This document shows, in pieces, positions 30,679 to 40,136 of a stretch of 64,000 nt of DNA. The stretch's first letter is position 1. Each line of letters begins with the position of its first letter. The position numbers and the translations under genes are program-made. Below the pieces are notes generated by a model, which was given only the letters and a program-made list of their open reading frames with translations, made no database searches and was not told the DNA's origin. Source of the DNA: a bacterium (lineage in GTDB: Bacteria; SZUA-182; DTGQ01; JAFGSM01); the NCBI GenBank assembly GCA_049472335.1, contig JBLIRO010000012.1, positions 10,761 to 74,760 on the forward strand. The letters run 5' to 3'.

Positions 30679-31839
30679 TTATCTGTATTGTAATGTCAGT
30701 GAGCCCTCATCCAGGGTAGAACCGGAAGAGCCTTCTACTGTATAATTTCCGACAATCATGCCATTGCTTTGCGCAGTGCCCTCGAATATTAAAACAGATC
30801 CACCGAGATTTATCTCGAGACTGACCATATTGCCATTAACAGTGCCTGTTATATTTGTTTTACCACTTGTCCCTATGGTAAATTCCTTCAATTTGATTTC
30901 CCCTTCAATCTGGGTATCAAACTGGTCTATTTCTGCAAAGCAGATCTGACCGACGACGCTGGTAGTATCGCTTGACCATTCACCTCTGTATTCACCATTT
31001 ATCTTAACTGTCGCCTTGGTGGATGTGGAGATCCCTGAAGTGGGCCAGTAATTAGAGTTTGGATTATAGTATCCGTTGGTTATTGTTTGATTTGTGGTAT
31101 AGGAATTAGAAGGTACATATACAGTAGGCTGATATTGAGAGTATGTGGATGATTGCTGGTAATTTGAAGTTTGATATGGTGAATAATTAGTATAAGTCTG
31201 TGATTGAGTCGGGGCATAATACCCTGTCTGTCCCGCAGGGATATAGGTGCCTGTGGATGTATTCGATTGTCCATAGGTTCCGGTCTGTGATGATGAAGTC
31301 TGTGACTGAGTATTTGTATTGTTATTATTGGGATAGGTTTGTACCGTCTGATAAATATTCGATGAGAGAGAAGGGTAATTTGTAGACTGATAGGTACTTT
31401 GAGATTGATATGTACTATATGGATTATAAACACCGGAATTATATATCTGTGAAAGATATCCTGAAATATAACTGCTGCTGGTAGGTAAATACCTGACAGC
31501 ATTATTAACGACAGTATTATTAGTTGTATTAGTTGTATTGGTAACGGTGCCGTTTGTGGAAGAGCTGCCTGTCTGATTTTGAATTTGAAGGTACGGATAA
31601 GCGGAATAATAATCATTATATGAAAAATTCTGGGAATAGGTGCTTGAATTTGAGGGAATAAAAGTTGTGCCAAGGTATCCGTAAATTGGTGAAATAGGAC
31701 CTAAAAGCGGGTTTTGAAAAACAGGACCATAGTAAGAGAATGCTGCCTTTATATTTAAGTTAAAAATTATAACAGGTATGCATAGAAGAAAAAGGCAAAC
31801 GGTTAATAAGCTTTTGTTTTGGAATGATATGTTAATCAT
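30679..31839 (-). CDS. Secreted Ser/Thr/Tyr/Gln/Asn-rich protein with C-terminal beta domain
   Basis: Signal-like N-terminus, long low-complexity region, globular C-terminus (YRGEWSS...). Confidence 0.7.
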   Translation of the reverse strand: MINISFQNKSLLTVCLFLLCIPVIIFNLNIKAAFSYYGPVFQNPLLGPISPIYGYLGTTFIPSNSSTYSQNFSYNDYYSAYPYLQIQNQTGSSSTNGTVTNTTNTTNNTVVNNAVRYLPTSSSYISGYLSQIYNSGVYNPYSTYQSQSTYQSTNYPSLSSNIYQTVQTYPNNNNTNTQSQTSSSQTGTYGQSNTSTGTYIPAGQTGYYAPTQSQTYTNYSPYQTSNYQQSSTYSQYQPTVYVPSNSYTTNQTITNGYYNPNSNYWPTSGISTSTKATVKINGEYRGEWSSDTTSVVGQICFAEIDQFDTQIEGEIKLKEFTIGTSGKTNITGTVNGNMVSLEINLGGSVLIFEGTAQSNGMIVGNYTVEGSSGSTLDEGSLTLQYR

Positions 31840-31933
31840 AATACCCCCCCCAGGCTTACCCTTATGATCAGATATCAAAGATCATTATATCCAATATGTC
31901 AAAGATCAATTACTCTCTGTCGGATAATGCTTT

Positions 31934-31949
31934 CGCATAAATGGTGCCA
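31934..31949 (-). promoter_or_regulatory. sigma-54 promoter
   Basis: Minus strand TGGCAC-CATTT-ATGCG upstream of 31839. Confidence 0.55.
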
Positions 31950-32302
31950 TAAATAAGAACAGGCAGACTTTTTCTTTTACAGGTTAACCATTTGCCATAA
32001 CATATTTAAAAATAAGCAATTCAGGAAGATCTTAAATAGGACTGAAAAAAAGGGTTTTTTCTTATTTTGTTCAAAAAAGTTCAAAATATGATCATCTTCA
32101 ATTTGGTCTGATCATAAAATGATCAATCAAAATAAATTGCATGGCGAAGGGATTTTTCAATATGTCTGAGGAAAACAATACTATAATTTTGCCATATTTT
32201 CTGATATATTTTAAAGTATCAGTCAAAAACCAAGGTAATGTATAGGGTGTTCAAAGATATGAAAATGAAATATTTTTTTAATCTTTTTGGAGGAGAGATA
32301 GT

Positions 32303-32614
32303 ATGGACACTATTCCCGTTCTCGTTGAAGAACCACGTAAAAAAGCAAGAACATTAGATGATTCTGGCTTTTTTGAGACAATGACCTCTGTTCGAAATAT
32401 TGATGTGAACAAACTAAAACAATCAATAGGAGATCTTTCAACAAAGATATCTTCGATATTTCATGATATTCATAAGGTGGGTGAATATCGTCTTCAAGAG
32501 ATCCAGATCTCTGTTGAGATCAGTGCAGAGGGCGGCATTTCCCTTGTCGGAACTCTTAAAGGGGGGGCAAGAGGAGCGGTTACCCTCACTTTCGGGCCGG
32601 AACATAGCAAGTGA
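32303..32614 (+). CDS. Pepco/Trypco-like small protein (peptidase co-occurring domain)
   Basis: GGAGGAG RBS; GEYRLQEIQISVEISAEGGISLVG...GAVTLTF; overlaps next gene (GTGA). Confidence 0.6.
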   Translation: MDTIPVLVEEPRKKARTLDDSGFFETMTSVRNIDVNKLKQSIGDLSTKISSIFHDIHKVGEYRLQEIQISVEISAEGGISLVGTLKGGARGAVTLTFGPEHSK

Positions 32615-35322
32615 TAAATATGCCCTCTGAAAATAAAGATTTTGCCACTGCGGTTCCTCTGCCGCTGGAACCTTTTTTTCTTGTGCTTTCAGAAAAAGGT
32701 TTTACTATAACCATAACTGACTGGGAACGACTACATCGTGCATTGGCATGTCGCGGAAATTGGACACTAAGGCGCCTGCGTAATGTGCTGATATCTCTCT
32801 TGGCGAAGAATGAGGAACAGACAATAATATTTGAGCGATGCTTTGACAGATATTTCGGACTCGTTGCGGATTGTGTCCCATCGAATCCTGATGCCATAAA
32901 GGATTTCAGGGCATTATTGACAGATCAGCCAGAGGTTGGACATCGAATAGAAAAGGAGGAGCACCCTCTTCCTCAGGAAGAAAGGGTTCCCCCGTTACCA
33001 CCTGATGAATCTTTAAAACATGAAACGTGGCCGCACACTCTCCGGTTTTCGGACATATGGGTTACTGCCGGAAAAATCGATATAATCACAGATGAAGTGC
33101 CACAACTCAAGGACGATGAGGAGGAGTCGCTGGTCTGGGATCCGCATCTGCCCCATCTGTTTCCATGGTATGAAGTGGGCGGTCAGGCTCCACCCCGCGT
33201 GGACCCCGCAACACTTGATTTTCTTGCCGATTGTATGGGTTATTATCAGACAGAAGCGCCCGGCAGACGGTTAGATGTTATCCGCAGCATACGGGCCGGG
33301 ATCGAGGCAGGCGGGCTGCCAAGATTCATATTTGAACCGGCACGGATGCTACGCACCCTGGTAATCCTTGAAGACATGTCTGCACGAGCACGGCAATGGA
33401 ATCCTGTGGCCGAAGAGCTGGCGCGTGACATGGAACTGCACGGGGTCACAGTGTTGCGCGGCAGGTTCAATACATCACCGCTTCATTTCATAATTGAATC
33501 AGGGGAAATCCTGCATCTTGAGGATATAGAATATGACCGTACAGGGGCTATTCTTCTGATATTCAGCGACAGCCAGTGCCTGCGTTCAGGTGACCCGGAG
33601 ATGATACTCGATGAGTTGCGCACATGGCCGAACCTCGCATGGCTCGATCTGCGCGAGCCCCGCTCATGGGACCGGCCAACATTTATTGTGAAAAGATTTG
33701 GTATAGACGTACATCCCGCTTCCAGGAAAGGGATCGAATGCGCTATGAGACGATTCCTCACAGAAGAGGGATCGCTGCCCGACTGGTTTAGCGAAACCAG
33801 GGCCTGCAAGGAACACTACCGTACAGATATGTCGCTGGAGAGATATATTGCAAATGTATTGGACAGGGCAATCCCTTGGGCGGAGTCCTGTGCCCTGTTG
33901 CAGCCTGTGGGTTATGGATTGGCGGAAAGATTAAGGGAGTCCTTTTTTCCGAAGATACCTGCCGAATCGATAGGGCGTTTCCATGATTTGCCGGACACGA
34001 CAATCACCTCGGAAGGGATACATTTCAGCGATGAGGTATGTCGTATTCTCAAAAGAGGGTTTCACGACCATATTGAACCTGAGTTACACGATAGGATTGT
34101 AGGATTTATTTTACATGAGCTGAAAAAAATCATTGATCGATTGCCCGGAGGAACACAGGACCGTCCCGCATTGGCAAGCAAACTGGGGGATGTGTGCCTT
34201 CTTCAGTTGGAAATGGAGCTAAAATCAAGGCCTGTAGAGGGATTGACATGCAATGGCATGTGTGATTCATGCAACCCGCAATTGAAAAAAAAGTGTCCGG
34301 AGAGAAGGCTCACCGAGTTGGCCGATCAGTTCCCTCAGCTTTCCCCGCTCATTAAAGATGCACTGGAAAAACTTAGCGAATATAAAATACCGATTCAACT
34401 TCCTCCCCCAGGCATGCTCCTGATTCCTGATGGAACTTTCTCCATGGGTGATTCCTCGGGGGAAGGGCATGATGATGAGCGTCCGGTGCACGAGGTCTTT
34501 GTTGGTGCCTTTTATCTGGATGAATATCCTGTAACCGGGAGCCTGTGGAGTGAGGTATATGAGTGGGCCGGGAGGAACGGTTATAGATTTGACAATGAGG
34601 GAAAAAGCCGCAGGCCGAGCCATCCAGTTACGAACGTGAGCTGGTATGATGCGGTGAAATGGGCGAATGCCCGGTCTGAGATGACGGGACGCAAGCCGGT
34701 TTACTATACTGATGGGGGCCGCAGGGAGGTATACCGAGAGGGAAGGATAGATCTTTCCGTAGAGGCGGTGGACTGGGAGGCGGACGGGTTCAGGTTGCCC
34801 GGTGAGGCGGAATGGGAGAAGGGGGCGCGGGGCGGTCTTGAGGGCCACCATTATCCGTGGGAGAGCAAGGGTAAAGGCTATGAGGGTTATATAAGCAGGG
34901 ATAAGGCGAACTATGGCAATAATGAGGGCGGTACAACAGAGGTGGGCAGGTATGCACCCAATGGGTACGGCCTGTATGATATGGCTGGGAATGTGTGGGA
35001 GTGGTGCTGGGACTGGTTTGATTCAGGGTGGTATGAGAAATCGGGGTCTCATGTAGCAGATTGTCGTGGTCCGGAAAAAGGCAGGTACCGGGTTTTCCGT
35101 GGCGGCTCGTGGCGCGTCGTCCCGATCCGCCTTCGCTGTGCTTTCCGGAGCTGCGGCGTTCCGGGGTACTCGAGCGGCAGCCTTGGCTTCCGCCTTGCCA
35201 TAGGTCAGTTGATCGCCGGAGGCAGGGTGCAAGGGAGCGGCCCTGGCGCGCGAAGCAGGCGCCAGGCAAGCGACCGAGCACCAAAGAGGCCATGGTGGAA
35301 GAAAGCAAGGATTAAGAGTTGA
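32611..35322 (+). CDS. vWA-like (MoxR partner) protein with FGE-sulfatase/CLec domain; DGR target
   Basis: RLDVIRSIRA...GGLP, LVILEDMS, LLIFSDS, LAWLD in N-terminal part; HPVTNVSWYDA, RLPGEAEWE, GLYDMAGNVWEW, RGGSW, GFRLA in C-terminal part. Confidence 0.85.
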   Translation: MINMPSENKDFATAVPLPLEPFFLVLSEKGFTITITDWERLHRALACRGNWTLRRLRNVLISLLAKNEEQTIIFERCFDRYFGLVADCVPSNPDAIKDFRALLTDQPEVGHRIEKEEHPLPQEERVPPLPPDESLKHETWPHTLRFSDIWVTAGKIDIITDEVPQLKDDEEESLVWDPHLPHLFPWYEVGGQAPPRVDPATLDFLADCMGYYQTEAPGRRLDVIRSIRAGIEAGGLPRFIFEPARMLRTLVILEDMSARARQWNPVAEELARDMELHGVTVLRGRFNTSPLHFIIESGEILHLEDIEYDRTGAILLIFSDSQCLRSGDPEMILDELRTWPNLAWLDLREPRSWDRPTFIVKRFGIDVHPASRKGIECAMRRFLTEEGSLPDWFSETRACKEHYRTDMSLERYIANVLDRAIPWAESCALLQPVGYGLAERLRESFFPKIPAESIGRFHDLPDTTITSEGIHFSDEVCRILKRGFHDHIEPELHDRIVGFILHELKKIIDRLPGGTQDRPALASKLGDVCLLQLEMELKSRPVEGLTCNGMCDSCNPQLKKKCPERRLTELADQFPQLSPLIKDALEKLSEYKIPIQLPPPGMLLIPDGTFSMGDSSGEGHDDERPVHEVFVGAFYLDEYPVTGSLWSEVYEWAGRNGYRFDNEGKSRRPSHPVTNVSWYDAVKWANARSEMTGRKPVYYTDGGRREVYREGRIDLSVEAVDWEADGFRLPGEAEWEKGARGGLEGHHYPWESKGKGYEGYISRDKANYGNNEGGTTEVGRYAPNGYGLYDMAGNVWEWCWDWFDSGWYEKSGSHVADCRGPEKGRYRVFRGGSWRVVPIRLRCAFRSCGVPGYSSGSLGFRLAIGQLIAGGRVQGSGPGARSRRQASDRAPKRPWWKKARIKS
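35077..35200 (+). other. DGR variable region (VR)
   Basis: 124-nt ungapped match to 36764-36887 with 21 mismatches, all opposite TR adenines. Confidence 0.97.
35242..35266 (+). promoter_or_regulatory. GC-rich hairpin 3' of VR (candidate DGR homing hairpin)
   Basis: CCTGGCGC-GCGAAGC-AG-GCGCCAGG: 8-bp stem enclosing a GC-GAA-GC mini-hairpin. Confidence 0.65.
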
Positions 35323-35807
35323 ATATTCAATTTCGTGTCTTTAGAATACCAATATCCAACAGTGAAGAGGCCATTGAAGAGATGAACAGCTTCCTGCGGG
35401 GTCACCGTATTGTGGAAATTACAAAACAATTTATTGAAAATGAGGGGAATTCCTTTTGGACATTCTGTGTTGAATATCTTCACGGGGATGAATCTTCAGG
35501 TAAATCGGCCACGGCTAAAACCGACTACCGTGAAATACTCAATGAATCGGATTTCTCTATCTTTGCCCAGTTGCGGACCTTGAGAAAAGAAATCGCTGAA
35601 AAAGAGCGCCTTCCTGGCTATGTCCTTTTCACAAACGAGCAGTTGGCCAGAATGGTGCAAAACCGGGCCACAACGGAAGAGGCAATTGCAAAAATACCCG
35701 GAGTCGGTCAGGCACGTATTAAAAAGTACGGGGAACCATTTTTACGTATCCTAAGAGAGGTTTTTGTAAATGAAGAGAATCAACGGGCTGATGGAAAAAA
35801 TCCTTGA
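35319..35807 (+). CDS. HRDC-domain DGR accessory protein
   Basis: FAQLRTLRKEIAEKERLPGYVLFTNEQL...IPGVGQARIKKYG; lies between target and RT and overlaps both. Confidence 0.85.
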   Translation: MNIQFRVFRIPISNSEEAIEEMNSFLRGHRIVEITKQFIENEGNSFWTFCVEYLHGDESSGKSATAKTDYREILNESDFSIFAQLRTLRKEIAEKERLPGYVLFTNEQLARMVQNRATTEEAIAKIPGVGQARIKKYGEPFLRILREVFVNEENQRADGKNP

Positions 35808-36783
35808 TCCTGTTAATTTACGCATTGCTTTTCTAAAGGCGGCAAAAGGGAAAAGGGATAGGCCTGAAGTGCTTGATTTTGCTGGGCAGTTAGGTAAAAC
35901 ACTCAGTATAATGCGGAATGAATTGGAGCATGAGAAATTTGTTTTCGGAAAATTCTCAACGTTCTATGTTCATGATCCAAAGGAAAGGTTAATTTATGCC
36001 CCTGGGTTCTCTGAGCGTGTCCTTCACCATGCAATAATGAACGTGTGCGAACCTGTTTTTGATAGGCATCTGATCTTTGATACCTATGCATGCAGAAAGG
36101 GGAAAGGGAGGCTTGCTGCCATTGAGCGCGCAAAAAATCTTTCCAGGAGCTACCTTTGGTTCCTGAAAATGGATATTCACAAATATTTTGACAGCATCGA
36201 TCATAACATACTTACAGGCCTTTTGTGTCGAAAGTTTAAAGATAAAGGATTGCTCCGGCTTTTTGGGAGGGTTGTGGGGTCTTATGAAACCAAAAAGGGA
36301 AAGGGTATCCCTATCGGGGCATTGACATCACAGCATTTTGCCAATCTATATCTTTCTCCTCTTGACCGGTTTATCAAGGAGTCACTTGGATGCCGTGCGT
36401 ATGTCAGATATATGGATGATATGGTTATATGGGGCAACAAGAAAAATTTTTTAAAATCAGTGCTCAAAGCCATTAAGGATTTTCTTAATAAAAATCTTGC
36501 CTTACAATTCAAACCATTCCCATTTATCAATCTATGTGATAATGGTTTGGATTTCCTGGGTTTCCGTCTATTTCCCACAAAGGTCCTTTTGAACAGGCGT
36601 AGCTGTAAACGTTTAAAGCGGAAGTGGAAAAAATATTCCACATTGTTTGATAATGGCATACTTTCACAGAGGCAATTTCAGGACAGAGTAACGGCATTGA
36701 CTGCATTTACGCTTCACGCTGATACATCAGGGCTAAGAGAAAAGATATTCTGGGGTGGCGGCCAAAGGCAGGAACCGGGTTAA
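35770..36783 (+). CDS. DGR reverse transcriptase
   Basis: PKERLI, ERVLHHA, YACRKGKG, LKMDIHKYFDSIDH, GIPIGALTSQHFANLYL, YVRYMDD, LDFLGF; no maturase/endonuclease domain. Confidence 0.96.
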   Translation: MKRINGLMEKILDPVNLRIAFLKAAKGKRDRPEVLDFAGQLGKTLSIMRNELEHEKFVFGKFSTFYVHDPKERLIYAPGFSERVLHHAIMNVCEPVFDRHLIFDTYACRKGKGRLAAIERAKNLSRSYLWFLKMDIHKYFDSIDHNILTGLLCRKFKDKGLLRLFGRVVGSYETKKGKGIPIGALTSQHFANLYLSPLDRFIKESLGCRAYVRYMDDMVIWGNKKNFLKSVLKAIKDFLNKNLALQFKPFPFINLCDNGLDFLGFRLFPTKVLLNRRSCKRLKRKWKKYSTLFDNGILSQRQFQDRVTALTAFTLHADTSGLREKIFWGGGQRQEPG

Positions 36784-36887
36784 CCGTGGCGGCTCGTGGA
36801 ACAACGACCCGATCAACCTTCGCTGTGCTTACCGGAACTACAACGATCCGGAGAACTCGAACGACAACCTTGGCTTCCGCCTTGCCA
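36764..36887 (+). ncRNA. DGR template repeat (TR)
   Basis: AAC-rich copy of VR (10 AAC codons in target frame); overlaps last 20 nt of RT. Confidence 0.96.
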
Positions 36888-37040
36888 GTTCAGAGAATAC
36901 GTTATATGACGATCGACTGACCAGGCCGTTATCCTGTCCCGATTAACGGGGTAATACCTCGCGGGCAAACAGGTACCGGTGGCAGGTATGAGTAGCCCTT
37001 TGGCGAAAGTTCCCGCCATTTAATTGCAAAGGGAGGGGTC

Positions 37041-39014
37041 ATGAAAGAAGAAACAAGATGGTTTATAAAAATAAAAAATACGGGAAAAAATACCTATTCA
37101 GGGGAATTGTATACTGAAGCGGGACCTGACAGAAGGAAAGAAATTAACAAAATGGAGATAGGTGTCAATTCAGGGGTTCGTGTGAAAGGTATCGATACGA
37201 CATTTGGCGAGGTATTGGATGCGCTGGCGAATATGCATGATCTATCATCTACAAAATCCCATAAGCCTCAAAGAGATAAAATTTGCGATGCATTGAGAAC
37301 CGTAGATGGGCAGAGAGACCTCGGAGAATATCTATATAAACAGGTATGGTCTGATGATCTTTTGAAGCTGCTGGAAGATCTCAATCAAACTAGCCCCACG
37401 GGCGGAGAAATACCGATGCATGTTACCATCATCGCCTGTGATGATTACACAGCCCGACTGCCATGGGTGTTAATGTGCTCTGGCGGTATATTCCTTGTGG
37501 ATCGTAACATCAGCATTTCAGTCTCTATTCGGAATGATTCAAAGGAGATACAAATCGGACCTTCCGTCAGGATGCTAATGGTTGCCCCAAATTTAGGAGA
37601 GGACGATACGGACGCCAGACAACATTTTCAAGATCTACAAAATCGCCTTTCAATGAGTAATAACCTGTGGGATTCCGAAAAAGAGCATCATAAGCTAAGG
37701 TTTGTAGACACATGGTTAGAATTTAAGAGAATGGTCCGGGAAATTAGTCCTGATATAGTCTATTACTACGGTCACGCCAATGATGCACGGTTGATATTTC
37801 CTGATGGCCCTGTTTCAGGGAAAAGGGGCGTGACATCGGCAGATTTTGCTGCCTTCTTCAGGCAAGAAGTGCCGGAAAGCGATTGGCCAAAGATTGTATA
37901 TATCAACTGCTGCCGGGGCCATCAATTTGGCAGCCTAAATCTTGGGAGGCAATTAGAAGATCTGTTCCCGGTAGTTGTCACAAACCGCACTATTGCCTAT
38001 GTTGATGAGGCACGGACTCAGGCAACACGTTTTTTCGAAGAGCTTTTGAGCCGGAAACTGAACCCTCATGATGCCGCTGCATACATGTGCAGGATCCCGG
38101 GCATGCCTCGCGATTCTATTCAGTGGTGGACACCGGTGTTCTACCGAAATTATGGGGCCTTTTATAACCGCATAGAGATAGAGGGTGATATATGGCCTGA
38201 TAAAGACTGGTCTTACAAGATTGACAGGACAAAACAGTATGCCACCATTCAAACAGCAATGCAAGGGTTGCTCAGAGAGAAATGCGGTGCATGTGCATTT
38301 GTATGGTATGGAGAAAAAGGACAGGGCATATCCACGTTTTCCGAACGTCTTGAAATACAATTACCTGTAGATCTTGATATGAAAACAGAAGTAAGACAGG
38401 ATTTCTGGGTCGTCAATCCTGTATGGCCACAGATCCACACGGAAAAGGCTTTTAAGGATGCAATTTGCAATGCTTTCGGAGTTAAGGAGTTTAAGGAAAT
38501 CCCTGCAATGATTTCAAAAAAGCAAATGGATTGCCATTGTCCTTGCGATCGTTTTCTTGTGATTGTCTCACATAGGACTGTCTCTTCACCTGAAAGCCTG
38601 CCTTCTCATGCCCTGAGAAGGTATATTGAATTGTGGGATGAATTTGTTGTGCCGAGATTGGAGAATGGTCAGTATCTCTTGATCGGCATTTCCTATGAGT
38701 GGCAAGACTGTGCACGTTTAGGCTCAATGCTCAATGACGTTTTCAGTTGTACACGGGTGAAAGAGGGTGATCCCGTGGGGCAACCGGATGAGGTGCTTAA
38801 CCTTTTGCATATGTATCCGTATGCGCTTCTTGATCCACTCGTTCATTTAAATGTCAGTGACATCCGTGACATATTGAGAAAAAACTTCCAACACTGGAAG
38901 CCAAAGAGATGGGTTAAAGTGGCCAATCAGATAATTGCACAAACAGAAGGGCATTATATAAATACAATTGCAGAGTTGAGCAAGATCAAGGAGTGCCATG
39001 ATGAAATATTTTAA
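37041..39014 (+). CDS. CHAT/caspase-like peptidase fused to an inactive STAND-like domain
   Basis: RLPW, YYYGHA (His), VYINCC (Cys); C-terminal IDRTKQY...FVWYGEKGQG degenerate P-loop. Confidence 0.7.
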   Translation: MKEETRWFIKIKNTGKNTYSGELYTEAGPDRRKEINKMEIGVNSGVRVKGIDTTFGEVLDALANMHDLSSTKSHKPQRDKICDALRTVDGQRDLGEYLYKQVWSDDLLKLLEDLNQTSPTGGEIPMHVTIIACDDYTARLPWVLMCSGGIFLVDRNISISVSIRNDSKEIQIGPSVRMLMVAPNLGEDDTDARQHFQDLQNRLSMSNNLWDSEKEHHKLRFVDTWLEFKRMVREISPDIVYYYGHANDARLIFPDGPVSGKRGVTSADFAAFFRQEVPESDWPKIVYINCCRGHQFGSLNLGRQLEDLFPVVVTNRTIAYVDEARTQATRFFEELLSRKLNPHDAAAYMCRIPGMPRDSIQWWTPVFYRNYGAFYNRIEIEGDIWPDKDWSYKIDRTKQYATIQTAMQGLLREKCGACAFVWYGEKGQGISTFSERLEIQLPVDLDMKTEVRQDFWVVNPVWPQIHTEKAFKDAICNAFGVKEFKEIPAMISKKQMDCHCPCDRFLVIVSHRTVSSPESLPSHALRRYIELWDEFVVPRLENGQYLLIGISYEWQDCARLGSMLNDVFSCTRVKEGDPVGQPDEVLNLLHMYPYALLDPLVHLNVSDIRDILRKNFQHWKPKRWVKVANQIIAQTEGHYINTIAELSKIKECHDEIF

Positions 39015-39067
39015 ACAATAGTCTCAAGGAAATTATACCGGACTTTTTAAAGGAGGAATATGCCGTT

Positions 39068-40036
39068 ATGAGTAAATATCCCTTCGATGTATTGAATTTG
39101 GGGAGCGAAGATGAGCCTGCCTATGATAAGGTGATGCAGGCTCTAGCACATCGTCCTTTTTTGGCGAGTAAAAAGGATTTTAAGGAGGATGCAAGGCTGT
39201 TTATACCGGGTGATGAGCTATCAGATGCCATCAATACAGCCATCGCTGTCGGGGATCCATTGCTGCTGACCGGGGACCCTGGTGTAGGAAAAACACAGAC
39301 AGCATATTATGTGGCCTATCGCATTGGATCTGAACCTGTCATCCCTTTTCAGGTAAAGTCCGATACAAAGGCAGTGGATCTTCTTTATCAGTTCGATATG
39401 ATACGTTACTACGGCGATGCACATGCAGGTGGTAGTACAAAGATGAAGAAGAAGGAAGAGTATATAACGGAAGGCCCTCTCTGGAGGGCAATAAAATCGG
39501 GAAACGAAAATAAACTGCCCCAAGTGCTCCTTATCGATGAGATAGATAAGGCGCCACGGGACTTTCCCAATGATTTACTCCTGGAGCTCGATAAGATGGA
39601 ACTGGAGGTAAGGGAAACGAATCAAAGGATTGAATCTGAAAAGCCATACCGGCCTATTGTGGTGATTACCTCAAACAGCGAGCGCCGCCTGCCGGAGCCT
39701 TTTCTGCGGCGCTGTGTCTATCATCATATAAGATTCGATGAGCAAGTGCTTCACCGGGCAGTGGCAGTCCGACGACAATATTTTAAGAGATTGAGCAATG
39801 AATTCATTGATCTGGCAATAAAGCGATTCCTCGAACTGCGAGAAGAGTGTGCAAGGAAAAGGCCTGCAACGGCTGAACTCTTAGTGTGGCTTACGGTGCT
39901 AGCAGCAGAACAAGGGGAGACAGTAGGCAGATTGGAAGAGAGATTGAGAGGAAGCGGATTTAAAGATCTCCCGCACCTGAGTGCGATTATAAAAGACCGT
40001 ACGGACTTTGAACGGCTGCAGAAAAAAAATATCTAA
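39068..40036 (+). CDS. MoxR-family AAA+ ATPase
   Basis: PLLLTGDPGVGKT, VLLIDEIDKAPRDFPNDLL, VITSNSERRLPEPFLRRC, PATAELLVW. Confidence 0.92.
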   Translation: MSKYPFDVLNLGSEDEPAYDKVMQALAHRPFLASKKDFKEDARLFIPGDELSDAINTAIAVGDPLLLTGDPGVGKTQTAYYVAYRIGSEPVIPFQVKSDTKAVDLLYQFDMIRYYGDAHAGGSTKMKKKEEYITEGPLWRAIKSGNENKLPQVLLIDEIDKAPRDFPNDLLLELDKMELEVRETNQRIESEKPYRPIVVITSNSERRLPEPFLRRCVYHHIRFDEQVLHRAVAVRRQYFKRLSNEFIDLAIKRFLELREECARKRPATAELLVWLTVLAAEQGETVGRLEERLRGSGFKDLPHLSAIIKDRTDFERLQKKNI

Positions 40037-40136
40037 TATTATAGGGCTTCTTAATAAAATTGATAATTCACACCCATGCTAAAGCGGGTATTTATTATTG
40101 GAAAGATCGCAGATCCAAATAAAGGAGTAAACATAA

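Noticed and set aside
35770..36783. Group II intron or retron RT
   Set aside because: Short, lacks maturase/endonuclease domains, has GIPIG..TSQ and an adjacent TR/VR pair, so it is a DGR RT
36755..36946. 63-aa ORF resembling an FGE C-terminus
   Set aside because: It is the TR read in the target frame, not an independent gene
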